The translations under genes and the position numbers were made by a program. DNA of 64,000 nt from Micromonospora sp. NBC_01699 (GTDB lineage Bacteria; Actinomycetota; Actinomycetes; Mycobacteriales; Micromonosporaceae), in NCBI RefSeq assembly GCF_036250065.1, contig NZ_CP109199.1:7812083-7876082 (forward strand). The letters run 5' to 3'. The notes beneath the pieces were generated by a model. That model worked only from the letters and a program-made list of their open reading frames with translations. It was not told the origin of the DNA and did not search any database. Numbering within the stretch: the first letter of the stretch is position 1; each line of letters begins with the position of its first letter. Shown one piece after another: positions 11,934 through 20,916 of this stretch.

Positions 11934-13859
11934 TTAGAGAGTGCGGGAGAGGCGGTCGGAGAGGAGGCGGGCGAAACGGGCGGGGTCGGTCAGTTCCCCG
12001 CCCTCGGCCAGCAGGGCGGTGCCGTAGAGGAGTTCGGCGGTTTCGGCGATCGCCGGGTCCTCGGGGCGCTGCTCGTGGGCCTTACGCAGGCCGGTGACCA
12101 GCGCGTGCGTCGGGTTCAGTTCGAGGACCCGCTTGATCTGCGGCACCTCCTGGCCCATGGCGCGGTACATCCGCTCCAGGGTCGGGGTCATGTCCTGGGC
12201 GTCACCGACCAGGATCGCCGGGGAGGTGGTCAGGCGGGACGAGAGGCGTACCTCCTTCACCTGCTCCTCAAGCTGTGTCGACAGCCAGGTGAGCAGCGCG
12301 GCGTACTCCTCCTTCTGCTGGTCGCGCTCGGGCTCGTCGGCCTTGTCCTCGCCGTCGGCGTCCAGGTCTACCTGCCCCTTGGCGATCGACCGCAACTGCT
12401 TGCCGTCGAAGTCGCGGACCGCCTCGACCCACATCTCGTCAACCGGGTCGGTGAGCAGCAGCACCTCGTAGCCCTTGGCGTTGAAGGCTTCCATGTGCGG
12501 CGAGTTCTCGATCATCTTGCGGGACTCGCCGGTCATGTAATAGATGTCGGTCTGCCCCTCCTTCATCCGGTCGACGTACTGCTGGAGCGTGACCACCTGC
12601 TCCGGGTCGTGGGTGGAGGCGAACGAGGAGATGTCGAGAATTGCACGCTGGTTCTCGAAGTCGTTGAGCAGGCCCTCCTTGACCGCCCGGCCGAACTCCC
12701 GCCAGAAGGTGCCGTACTTGTCGGCGTCCTGGGCCATCAGGTCCTTGACCGTCGACAGCACCTTCTTGACCAGGCGACGACGCATCAGCTGGATCTGACG
12801 GTCCTGCTGGAGGATCTCCCGCGAGATGTTGAGCGAGAGGTCGTGCGCGTCGACCACGCCCTTGACGAAGCGCAGGTACTCCGGCATCAGCGCCTGGCAG
12901 TCGTCCATGATGAAGACGCGCTTGACGTAGAGCTGGATGCCGAGCTTGGCGTCGCGGGTGAACAGGTCGAACGGCGCCTGCGACGGGATGAAGAGCAGCG
13001 CCTCGTACTCGAAGGTGCCCTCGCCCTTCATCCGGATGATTTCGAGCGGGTCGTTCCAGTCGCGGCTGACGTGCCGGTAGAACTCGTTGTACTCGTCGTC
13101 GCCGACCTCGTTGCGGGGCCGGGCCCAGAGCGCCTTCATCGAGTTGAGGGTCTTGACCTCGTGCTTCGGGGCGTCGTCACCCTCGCCGTCGGTGACCGGC
13201 CGCTCGACCTGCATCCGGATCGGCCAGGCGATGAAGTCGGAGTAGCGCTTGACCAGCTCCCTGATCTTCCATTCACCGGTGTAGTCGAAGAGCTGGTCCT
13301 CCTCGTCCTCCGGCTTGAGGTGCACGGTGACGGCCGTGCCTTGCGGTGCGTCGGCGACCGGCTCGATGGTGTACGTCCCGGCGCCGTCCGACTCCCAACG
13401 GGTGCCGTCCTCCTCGCCCACCCGCCGGCTGACCAGCGATACCCTGTCGGCCACCATGAAGGTGGAGTAGAAACCGACTCCGAACTGGCCGATCAGGTCC
13501 TGCGACGCCGCCGCGTCCTTCGTCTCCTTCAGCTGCCGCAGCAGCTCGGCGGTGCCGGACTTCGCGATCGTGCCGATGAGCCCGACGACCTCGTCCCGCG
13601 ACATGCCGATGCCGTTGTCCCGTACGGTCAGCGTGCGCTGCTCCCGGTCGACTTCGATCTCGATGTGCAGATCGGACGTGTCGACCTGCAACTCCTTGTC
13701 GACCAGCGACTCCAGCCTCAGCTTGTCCAGCGCGTCGGAGGCGTTGGAGATCAGTTCGCGCAGGAAGATGTCCTTGTTCGAATAGATCGAGTGGATCATC
13801 AACTGCAAGAGCTGGCGCGCCTCGGCCTGGAACTCAAGCGTTTCGACCCCGGTGCTCAT
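11934..13859 (-). CDS. htpG: Molecular chaperone HtpG (Hsp90)
   Basis: MSTGVETLEFQAEARQLLQLMIHSIYSNKDIFLRELISNASDALDKLR, the GHKL ATPase domain, 642 aa. The track ORF 11934..14453 carries a spurious N-terminal extension. The start ATG at 13857-13859 is preceded by GGAAAGGGG. Confidence 0.9.
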   Translation of the reverse strand: MSTGVETLEFQAEARQLLQLMIHSIYSNKDIFLRELISNASDALDKLRLESLVDKELQVDTSDLHIEIEVDREQRTLTVRDNGIGMSRDEVVGLIGTIAKSGTAELLRQLKETKDAAASQDLIGQFGVGFYSTFMVADRVSLVSRRVGEEDGTRWESDGAGTYTIEPVADAPQGTAVTVHLKPEDEEDQLFDYTGEWKIRELVKRYSDFIAWPIRMQVERPVTDGEGDDAPKHEVKTLNSMKALWARPRNEVGDDEYNEFYRHVSRDWNDPLEIIRMKGEGTFEYEALLFIPSQAPFDLFTRDAKLGIQLYVKRVFIMDDCQALMPEYLRFVKGVVDAHDLSLNISREILQQDRQIQLMRRRLVKKVLSTVKDLMAQDADKYGTFWREFGRAVKEGLLNDFENQRAILDISSFASTHDPEQVVTLQQYVDRMKEGQTDIYYMTGESRKMIENSPHMEAFNAKGYEVLLLTDPVDEMWVEAVRDFDGKQLRSIAKGQVDLDADGEDKADEPERDQQKEEYAALLTWLSTQLEEQVKEVRLSSRLTTSPAILVGDAQDMTPTLERMYRAMGQEVPQIKRVLELNPTHALVTGLRKAHEQRPEDPAIAETAELLYGTALLAEGGELTDPARFARLLSDRLSRTL

Positions 13860-13960
13860 GGAACCCCTTTCCGACTGTCGGACCTTCCTGACGGATCGTA
13901 CGACCTCGGTCACGATCTCCACTGTCGGCGGTTGGACGGTGGCGGGTACCGCCCCCGCGG

Positions 13961-15226
13961 TCACCCTCCGACAGTGGCCGTCGCCAGGGGCACCGATTCC
14001 GGCGTCACCGGCGGCCGGCTGGGCAGTTGACGTACGTCCCGGCTGGCGAGCATGCCGAGCACCGAGACGGTGACCAGCCCGGCGGCGATCAGCAGGGTCG
14101 TCTCGTTGCCGAGGGCGACCGCCACCGGCCCGATCGCTATCTGGCCGAGCGGGATCGCCAGGAACGATCCGAGCGCGTCGTACGAGTAGACCCGGGCCAG
14201 TCGGTCGGCCGGCACGTACTGCTGCACCGAGGTCTCCCAGGCGACGCCGAACTGTTCCATGGCCAGACCGCCGACGAACGCGGCCGGCACCAGGAGCGCG
14301 AAGACCGGCGCCACCGCGAGCGCCACCAGCAGCAACGCCGATCCGAGCATGCAGGCGACCCCGAGCAGCAACAGCCGGCGGACCCGCACCCGCAGGGCGA
14401 TCAGCGCCCCGGCCACCAGGCCCAGGGTCTGGGCCGCGAGCACCAGCCCCCACGCCTTGCGGCCGATCGTCTCGTCGGCCACGGCCGGGCCGAGTACGCC
14501 GACCCCGCTGCTCAGCGCGGCGTTGAGCACCATGAAGCCGAGCACCACCACCCAGACCCAGGTACGCGAGACAAACTCGGTCCAGCCCTCCCGCAACTCG
14601 ATCCAGGTGCTGCGCCGAGCCTGCGTCCGGTCCCGCACCCCGGCCACCCGTACGCCGGCGAAGGCCAGCCCCGCCAGCGCGAACGTCAGTGCGTCGACGG
14701 CGATGCCCCAGCCCGGACCGACCGCCGCGACCAGAATCCCGCCGGCCGAGGCGCCACCGATCGAACCGATGTTGACGCCGAGCCGGCTGAGCGCGTTCGC
14801 CGACTGGAGCAGGTCCGCCGGCACCGTCTGCGGCATCAGGGCGGCGGCGGCCGGGAAGGCGAAGGCGCTCACCGTGCCGTTGACCGCACTGAGTACGAGC
14901 AGCAGCGGGATCGTCGCGTGCCCGGTCAGCACCAGCGCGGCGACGGCCGCCTGGGTGACGGCGGCCAGCGTGCAGGAGGCGACCATCACGAGCTGCCGGG
15001 GCAGCCGGTCGGCGAGCACCCCGCCGAAGAGCAGGAAAATCACGTTGGCCAGGGACCGGGCCCCGACCACCAGGCCGAGGTCACGCACCGACCCGGTCAG
15101 ATCGAGTACGGCGAAGGCCAGCGCGGTCGGCGCCACCGAGTTGCCGAGCACGTTCACGAACCGGCCGACGGCGAGATAGCGGAACGCACGGTGACGCAGT
15201 GGCGCGAGGGCAGCCCTGCTCGACAT
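13961..15226 (-). CDS. MFS transporter (enterobactin-exporter EntS-like family)
   Basis: 12 predicted TM helices and the MFS_3-type N-terminus MSSRAALAPLRHRAFRYLAVGRFVNVLG. The start ATG is at 15224-15226. Confidence 0.8.
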   Translation of the reverse strand: MSSRAALAPLRHRAFRYLAVGRFVNVLGNSVAPTALAFAVLDLTGSVRDLGLVVGARSLANVIFLLFGGVLADRLPRQLVMVASCTLAAVTQAAVAALVLTGHATIPLLLVLSAVNGTVSAFAFPAAAALMPQTVPADLLQSANALSRLGVNIGSIGGASAGGILVAAVGPGWGIAVDALTFALAGLAFAGVRVAGVRDRTQARRSTWIELREGWTEFVSRTWVWVVVLGFMVLNAALSSGVGVLGPAVADETIGRKAWGLVLAAQTLGLVAGALIALRVRVRRLLLLGVACMLGSALLLVALAVAPVFALLVPAAFVGGLAMEQFGVAWETSVQQYVPADRLARVYSYDALGSFLAIPLGQIAIGPVAVALGNETTLLIAAGLVTVSVLGMLASRDVRQLPSRPPVTPESVPLATATVGG

Positions 15227-15263
15227 CGCCGCGCTCCTTCCGGCCCGAGGGGTGGTCGTCCCG

Positions 15264-15416
15264 GGCAACCATGCCCGAGCAGTGATCTCCCGAGGCAACC
15301 GGGCCCGAGGAGTGATGGCCCCCAGGCAACCGGGCCCGAGGAGTCACGGCCCCAGGCAACCTGGCCCGAAAAGTGATGGCCCCCAGGCAACCAGGTCCGG
15401 GGGCAGTGATCAACCG
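15264..15416. repeat. Five tandem copies of a 30-31-bp unit (GCAACC-GGGCCCGAGGAGTGATGGCCCCCAG) in the divergent MFS/aldo-keto reductase promoter region
   Basis: Direct reading shows units beginning at 15264, 15295, 15326, 15356 and 15387. Confidence 0.8.
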
Positions 15417-15485
15417 AGCTGGTCGAGGCGCCCCACCCGACCTAGACTGACCTGTTCGTTCAGATCAGTTGACCATGGAGTCCAG

Positions 15486-16352
15486 ATGACAGACGCAACC
15501 GTCAGCGCGTCACCCTCCGGCACCTTCCTGCTCGGTGGAGACCTGCCGGTGACCCGGCTCGGATTCGGCTCGATGCGACTCACCGGCGACGGTGTGTGGG
15601 GTGACCCACGCGACCCCGACGAGGCGGTACGCGTACTGCGGCGCTCGGTCGAACTGGGCGTCGACTTCATCGACACCGCCGACTCGTACGGCCCGTTCAC
15701 CGCCGAGCTGTTGATCAGGAAGGCGCTACACCCGTACCCGGAGAATTTGGTTATTGCGACCAAGGCCGGGCTCACTCGCCAGGGGCCGGGACAGTGGACG
15801 GCGGTGGGTCGTCCGGAGTACCTGCGCCAGCAGGCGGAGCTGAGCCTGCGCCACCTCGGGGTGGACCGGATCGACCTGTACCAGTTGCACCGGATCGACC
15901 CGCAGGTTCCGCTGGCCGACCAGATCGGTGAGCTGAAGGCGCTCCAGGACGAGGGCAAGATCCGGCACATCGGGCTGAGCGAGGTGTCGGTCGCCGACGT
16001 CGAGGCGGCATCGAAGTTCGCCGACATCGTCTCGGTGCAGAACCGCTACAACGTCGGTCACCGGGACGCCGAGGCGCTGCTCGACTACTCGGCCGAGCAC
16101 GGCATCGGCTTCATCCCGTGGGCGCCGCTGGCCAGCGGCCCGCTCGCCCGCGAGGGCAGCCCACTGGTCCGGATCGCCCGCGACCACGGCTCCACCCCGG
16201 CCCAACTGGCGCTCGCCTGGCTGCTCAAGCGCTCCCCGGCAATGCTCCCCATCCCCGGCACCTCAACCGTCGCCCACCTGGAACAAAACCTAGGCGCCGC
16301 CTCAATCAAACTAACCGACCAGGAATACGACACCCTCACCACCACCGCCTGA
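15486..16352 (+). CDS. Aldo/keto reductase family oxidoreductase
   Basis: MTDATVSAS...GFGSMRLTGDGVWGDPRDPDEAVRVLRRSVELGVDFIDTADSYG...LYQLHRIDP, the AKR signature. ATG at 15486. Confidence 0.85.
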   Translation: MTDATVSASPSGTFLLGGDLPVTRLGFGSMRLTGDGVWGDPRDPDEAVRVLRRSVELGVDFIDTADSYGPFTAELLIRKALHPYPENLVIATKAGLTRQGPGQWTAVGRPEYLRQQAELSLRHLGVDRIDLYQLHRIDPQVPLADQIGELKALQDEGKIRHIGLSEVSVADVEAASKFADIVSVQNRYNVGHRDAEALLDYSAEHGIGFIPWAPLASGPLAREGSPLVRIARDHGSTPAQLALAWLLKRSPAMLPIPGTSTVAHLEQNLGAASIKLTDQEYDTLTTTA

Positions 16353-16370
16353 CCCGCCCCGCCCCAACTC

Positions 16371-16431
16371 GTTGATCATGAAGTTAACGCACTCCCGAGC
16401 GTCAAAATCGGTTGTTAACTTCATGATCAAC
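16371..16431. repeat. Palindromic intergenic repeat element, copy 2, between the convergent AKR and thiolase genes. It is followed by a G-tract (GGGTGGGGGGTGGGGGGTGGGGGCGGGGGTGGGGG) at 16438-16490.
   Basis: The termini are GTTGATCATGAAGTTAAC / GTTAACTTCATGATCAAC. Confidence 0.85.
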
Positions 16432-16479
16432 GAGTTGTGGGTGGGGGTGGGGGGTGGGGGGTGGGGGCGGGGGTGGGGG

Positions 16480-17847
16480 TTAGCGTTCGAGGATGGCTAC
16501 TACGCCTTGGCCGCCGGAGGCGCAGATGGAGATGAGGCCGCGGCGGGGGCGGGCGGAGGCAGAGGCGCCGGCGGGGTCGCGGGCGTCCTCGTGGAGGAGC
16601 TTGGCGAGGGTGGCGACGATGCGGGCGCCGGTGGCGGCGAACGGGTGGCCGGCGGCGAGGGAGGAGCCGGTCACGTTCAGTTTCGATCGGTCGATGGTGC
16701 CCAGTGGGCCGTCCAGGCCGAGGCGGTCCTTGCAGAAGTCGGCCGACTCCCAGGCGGCGAGGGTGGCCAGCACCTGCGACGCGAACGCCTCGTGGATCTC
16801 GTAGAAGTCGAAGTCGGTCAGGCTCAGCTTGGCCCGCGCCAGCATCCGGGGCACCGCGTACGCGGGGGCCATCAGCAGCCCCTCGTCGCCGTGTACGAAG
16901 TCGACCGCGGCCACCTCGGAGAAGGTCAGGTACGCCAGCACCGGTAGATGGTGCGCGGCGGCCCACTCCTGCGAGGCGAGCAGCACGGTCGACGCGCCGT
17001 CGGTCAGCGGGGACGAGTTGCCGGCCGTCATGGTGGCGCCCGCCCGACCGGGGCCCTTGGTGCCGAACACCGGCGGCAACGCGCCGAGCTTCTCCATCGA
17101 GGTGTCCGGTCGCAGGTTCGCGTCCCTGGTCAGCCCAAGGTAGGGAGTCACCAGGTCGTCGAAGAAGCCGCGCTCGTACGCGGCGGCGAGTCGCCGGTGC
17201 GAGGCGAGCGCGAGCGCGTCCTGGGCCTGCCGGCCGATGCCCCAGCGCAGGGCGGTGATCGCCGCGTGGTCGCCCATCGACAGCCCGGTACGCGGTTCGG
17301 CGTTGCGCGGCGTCTCGGGCAGGAACGGCTGGTGTGGGCGCAGCCGGGCCGCCGCGCGCAGCCGGGCGATCGGCGTACGGGCGGAGTTGAGTTTGAGCAG
17401 GGTGCGCCGGAACTCCTCGTTGACCGCGAGCGGCGCGTCGGAGGTGGTGTCCACCCCACCGGCGATGCCGACGTCGATCTGCCCGAGGGCGATCTTGTTG
17501 CCGACCAGGATGGTCGCCTCCAGCCCGGTGCCGCACGCCTGCTGGATGTCGTACGCCGGGGTGCGTGGGTCGAGCCGGGAGCCGAGCACCACCTCGCGGG
17601 TGAGGTTGAAGTCGCGCGAGTGCTTGAGCACCGCCCCGGCGACCACCTCGCCGATCTGCTCCCCGGCCAACCCGAACCGGGCCACCAGTCCGTTGAGCGC
17701 GGCGGTGAGCATGTCCTGGTTGGATGCGTCGGCATAGCGGCCGTTGGAACGGGCGAACGGGATGCGATTACCCCCGAGCACCGCGACGCGACGTACGGTC
17801 TCCACGTTCCCGTCTCCTCGTTCAGGGCTTGCCTCAAACCTACTCAC
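16480..17847 (-). CDS. fadA2: Acetyl-CoA C-acetyltransferase / 3-ketoacyl-CoA thiolase (FadA2-like)
   Basis: Thiolase fold (VAVLGGNRIPFARS...NQDMLTAAL...ICASGGQGVVAILER). The start is GTG 17847, or GTG 17805 (VETVRRV...). Confidence 0.85.
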   Translation of the reverse strand: MSRFEASPERGDGNVETVRRVAVLGGNRIPFARSNGRYADASNQDMLTAALNGLVARFGLAGEQIGEVVAGAVLKHSRDFNLTREVVLGSRLDPRTPAYDIQQACGTGLEATILVGNKIALGQIDVGIAGGVDTTSDAPLAVNEEFRRTLLKLNSARTPIARLRAAARLRPHQPFLPETPRNAEPRTGLSMGDHAAITALRWGIGRQAQDALALASHRRLAAAYERGFFDDLVTPYLGLTRDANLRPDTSMEKLGALPPVFGTKGPGRAGATMTAGNSSPLTDGASTVLLASQEWAAAHHLPVLAYLTFSEVAAVDFVHGDEGLLMAPAYAVPRMLARAKLSLTDFDFYEIHEAFASQVLATLAAWESADFCKDRLGLDGPLGTIDRSKLNVTGSSLAAGHPFAATGARIVATLAKLLHEDARDPAGASASARPRRGLISICASGGQGVVAILER

Positions 17848-17862
17848 CAGTAGGCTACGCCT

Positions 17863-19290
17863 ATGAGTGACAGGTACGCGAGCTTCGCGAACTCAGGCGC
17901 CGGCCGCGCCCTCGTCAAGCGACTCGGCCTGCCCGATCCGCCCAGACTGCGCCGATACCGGCCGGGCGATCCACTCGTGCCCGGTCCGGTGCTGCTTGAC
18001 GCCGCCCCCGGCGGCCGGCTGCGCGAACCCGTCGCCAAACTGCTCACCGCCGCCGGCATCGAACTCGCCGACCCGTCAACCACCACCACGCCGGTCGCCA
18101 CCACAACACCCACCACCACAACACCCACCACCACAACACCCGCCGCCACAACGCCCACCGGCAGCCGGCCGGCGGCGCTCGTCTACGACGCCACCGGGGT
18201 CACCGACTCCACCGGGCTCCGGCCGCTCTACGACTTCTTCCACGCACACGCCCGGTCGGTCCAACCGAGCGGGCGGGTGATCGTGCTCGGCACCCCGCCG
18301 GAGGTGTGCGCCGCCCCGCGCGAGGCGACCGCGCAGCGTGCCCTCGAAGGACTGACCCGCAGCATCGGCAAGGAGTTCGGCCGGGGCATCACCGCCCAAC
18401 TCGTCTACGTCGACCGTAACGCCGGGACCGCTATCGAGTCGACGCTGCGCTTCCTGCTCTCCGGCCGGTCCGCGTACGTCTCGGGGCAGGTCGTCCGGAT
18501 CAGCGATCCGGGCCCCGGCGACGACGGCGACCGGGAACGGATCGACTGGGACCGGCCGCTCGCCGGCAAGGTCGCCCTGGTCACCGGGGCCGCCCGGGGC
18601 ATCGGCACCGCCGTCGCGCAGGTGCTCGCCCGGGACGGCGCGCACGTGGTCGCGTTGGACGTACCGGCCGTCGGGGACCTGCTCGCCGAGGTGGCGAACG
18701 ACATCCGGGGCAGCGCCGTACAACTGGATCTGACCGCGCCCGACGCGCCGACCCGCCTCGCCGACCTGTTCGGCGACCGGCACGGCCGGGTCGACATCGT
18801 GGTGCACAACGCCGGCATCACCCGGGACCGGACCATCGCCCGGATGGATGCCGCCGGTTGGGACTCGGTGCTGGCGGTGAACCTGTCCAGCCAGGAACGG
18901 ATCAACGACCTGCTGCTCTACCGCGATCTGATCCCGGCCGGCGGGCGGCTGGTCAGCGTCTCCTCGATCGCCGGCATCGCCGGCAACCGGGGCCAGACCA
19001 ACTACGCCACCGCCAAGGCCGGGGTGATCGGGCTGGTGCAGTCGATGACACCGGTGCTCGCCGGACGGGGCATCACCATCAACGCGGTCGCGCCGGGCTT
19101 CATCGAGACCCGGCTGACCGCCAGGATGCCGATCGGCCTGCGTGAGGCCGGTCGACGTCTGAACAGCATGGCGCAGGGCGGGCTCCCGGTGGACGTGGCC
19201 GAGACGATCGCCTGGTTCGCGGCGCCGACCTCCGCCGGAGTCACCGGCAACATCGTCCGCGTCTGCGGCCAGAGCCTGCTGGGGGCGTGA
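17863..19290 (+). CDS. fabG4: High-molecular-weight 3-oxoacyl-ACP reductase (FabG4-like SDR) with an N-terminal pseudo-SDR domain and a Thr/Pro-rich linker insert
   Basis: The C-terminal SDR region is LAGKVALVTGAARGIGTAV...NAGITRD...SSIAGIAGNRGQTNYATAKAG. The architecture and neighbours (thiolase upstream, htdX downstream with ATGA overlap) match Mtb Rv0242c. Confidence 0.8.
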   Translation: MSDRYASFANSGAGRALVKRLGLPDPPRLRRYRPGDPLVPGPVLLDAAPGGRLREPVAKLLTAAGIELADPSTTTTPVATTTPTTTTPTTTTPAATTPTGSRPAALVYDATGVTDSTGLRPLYDFFHAHARSVQPSGRVIVLGTPPEVCAAPREATAQRALEGLTRSIGKEFGRGITAQLVYVDRNAGTAIESTLRFLLSGRSAYVSGQVVRISDPGPGDDGDRERIDWDRPLAGKVALVTGAARGIGTAVAQVLARDGAHVVALDVPAVGDLLAEVANDIRGSAVQLDLTAPDAPTRLADLFGDRHGRVDIVVHNAGITRDRTIARMDAAGWDSVLAVNLSSQERINDLLLYRDLIPAGGRLVSVSSIAGIAGNRGQTNYATAKAGVIGLVQSMTPVLAGRGITINAVAPGFIETRLTARMPIGLREAGRRLNSMAQGGLPVDVAETIAWFAAPTSAGVTGNIVRVCGQSLLGA

Positions 19291-20183
19291 TGTCCAACCC
19301 GGACCGGGACGAGCGGATCGAGCTGAGCGGCGCACCGGCCACCGGGGCGCTCTACCGGCGGGCGGTCACCGCGCTGCTGCCGGGCCGTCGCCGGTCGACG
19401 TCGGCGCAGGCCGGCGGGCCCGACGTCGAGGCACCGTTGCCGGGTACGGAGTTGCTGCTGCGGGGCGTCACCGTCGACCGGGGCCACCTGGCCGCGTACG
19501 ACCGGGTGTGCGGGTTCCGGCTCACCGACACGCTGCCGGCGACGTACCCGCACGTGTTGGCGTTTCCGCTGGCGTTGCGGCTGATGACGGCACCGGACTT
19601 CCCGTTCCCGCTGCTCGGGCTGGTGCACGTGGCGAACCGGATCACCGTGCACCGGGCGGTCGACGCGGGCGAACCGCTGGACCTGTCGGTGCGTACCGCC
19701 GATGCGCGGTCGCATCCGCGTGGCCGGCAGTTCGATGTGCTGTCCACCGCCTCGGTCGGCGGTGAGCCGGTCTGGCAGGAGGTGTCGACGTACCTGCGCC
19801 GGGAGCCAACCCCGACGGCGGACGAGCGGCACGAGCCCGGTGACCGCCCGGCGCCGCCGGCCGCCACCGGACAATGGCCGGTCACCGCCCGAGTGGGTAC
19901 GGACTACGCGCGCGTCTCCGGCGACCGGAACCCGATCCACACCTCCCGGCTCGGCGCCCGCCTGCTCGGTTTCCCGCGCCCGATCGCACACGGCATGTGG
20001 AGCAAGGCCCGCTGCCTGGCCGCGCTGGAGGGGCGCCTACCGGACGCGTACGCGGTCGAGGTGCTGTTCAAACTGCCGATTCCACTGCCGGGTACGGTCG
20101 CCTTCAGCGCCACCCCGGCCTGGGACTTCGCCCTGCACGACGCCGATTCCGGTCGCCCGCACCTGACCGGAACGCTCCGGTAG
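19287..20183 (+). CDS. htdX: MaoC-like (R)-specific enoyl-CoA hydratase / 3-hydroxyacyl-thioester dehydratase (HtdX-like, double hotdog)
   Basis: YARVSGDRNPIHTSRLGARLLGFPRPIAHGM, the MaoC dehydratase motif. It is coupled to fabG4. Confidence 0.75.
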   Translation: MMSNPDRDERIELSGAPATGALYRRAVTALLPGRRRSTSAQAGGPDVEAPLPGTELLLRGVTVDRGHLAAYDRVCGFRLTDTLPATYPHVLAFPLALRLMTAPDFPFPLLGLVHVANRITVHRAVDAGEPLDLSVRTADARSHPRGRQFDVLSTASVGGEPVWQEVSTYLRREPTPTADERHEPGDRPAPPAATGQWPVTARVGTDYARVSGDRNPIHTSRLGARLLGFPRPIAHGMWSKARCLAALEGRLPDAYAVEVLFKLPIPLPGTVAFSATPAWDFALHDADSGRPHLTGTLR

Positions 20184-20186
20184 GGG

Positions 20187-20855
20187 TCAGGGCTGGTCCG
20201 GGGTGGGCGGGTGCCAGACCTCGCCGAGGCGGAGCTGTCCGGCACCGAGCCAGGTGGCGTTCATCAGTCGGGTGGCCAGCGGTTCGGGTTCCTCGTCGGG
20301 GTGGTCGGCGAGCCGGTCGGCCACCGACTCGGCGGCACCGACCAGCGCGTACGCCATGATTTCCAGGTCCGTGTCGCGGACCTGGCGGGCGCCGGGCGCC
20401 GGGGTGGGCAGGTTGCGGCCCAGCAGGCCGGCGACCACCTCGATCACCTGGGCCCGCATCACCGACAGTTCGTCGGCGAACGGCTGCTCGCCGCGCGCCT
20501 GCCGGTAGAGCACGGACCAGCCGTCGCGGTGCGCGCCGACAAATCCGAAGAAGGCCCGCAGGCCACGCCAGAGCTGTTCGTCGGGGGGCAGTTCGGGCGC
20601 GGCGGCGCCGGCGATCGCCTCCATCAGCCGGGTTCCCTCGCGGTGGAGACACGCGGTGAAAAGGCTCTCTTTGGTGCCGAGGTAGGCGTAGACCATGGGT
20701 TTTGAAATGCCCGCATCCTCGGCGATGTCGTCCATGCTGGCGCTGTGGTACCCACGACGGGAGAACACCTTCACGGCGGCGTCGAGCATCTGCTGCTCCC
20801 GGACGGATCGGGGCAGCCGCTTGAAGGTGGGGGCGCTCGGCATCCTTGCGAGCAT
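20187..20855 (-). CDS. TetR/AcrR family transcriptional regulator
   Basis: The N-terminal helix-turn-helix is REQQMLDAAVKVFSRRGYHSASMDDIAEDAGISKPMVYAYLGTKESLF. Confidence 0.8.
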   Translation of the reverse strand: MLARMPSAPTFKRLPRSVREQQMLDAAVKVFSRRGYHSASMDDIAEDAGISKPMVYAYLGTKESLFTACLHREGTRLMEAIAGAAAPELPPDEQLWRGLRAFFGFVGAHRDGWSVLYRQARGEQPFADELSVMRAQVIEVVAGLLGRNLPTPAPGARQVRDTDLEIMAYALVGAAESVADRLADHPDEEPEPLATRLMNATWLGAGQLRLGEVWHPPTPDQP

Positions 20856-20864
20856 ACCTACTCA

Positions 20865-20894
20865 CCCGTAAGGTTACGCCAGAGTAACCTAAGC
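20865..20894. promoter_or_regulatory. Candidate TetR operator: imperfect palindrome CCGTAAGGTTAC-GCCAGAG-TAACCTAAG in the divergent TetR/SCP2 intergenic region
   Basis: The inverted repeat AGGTTAC / GTAACCT lies between the start codons of two divergent genes. Confidence 0.35.
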
Positions 20895-20916
20895 TCTCTC
20901 TCGGAAGGTGCACCTC

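Noticed and set aside
11934-14453. N-terminal 198-aa extension of the htpG ORF, and similar upstream extensions of the purB, purD, MFS, ParA-like and lipoprotein ORFs
   Set aside because: The extensions are low-complexity and run through intergenic repeats and poly-G/C tracts. Conserved family N-termini with RBS-like sequences are found at the internal starts.
17848-17862. A 15-bp divergent gap between the thiolase and fabG4 starts taken as a bidirectional promoter
   Set aside because: It is too short for two promoters. The thiolase more likely starts at the internal GTG 17805, giving a 57-bp gap, so no special feature is called.
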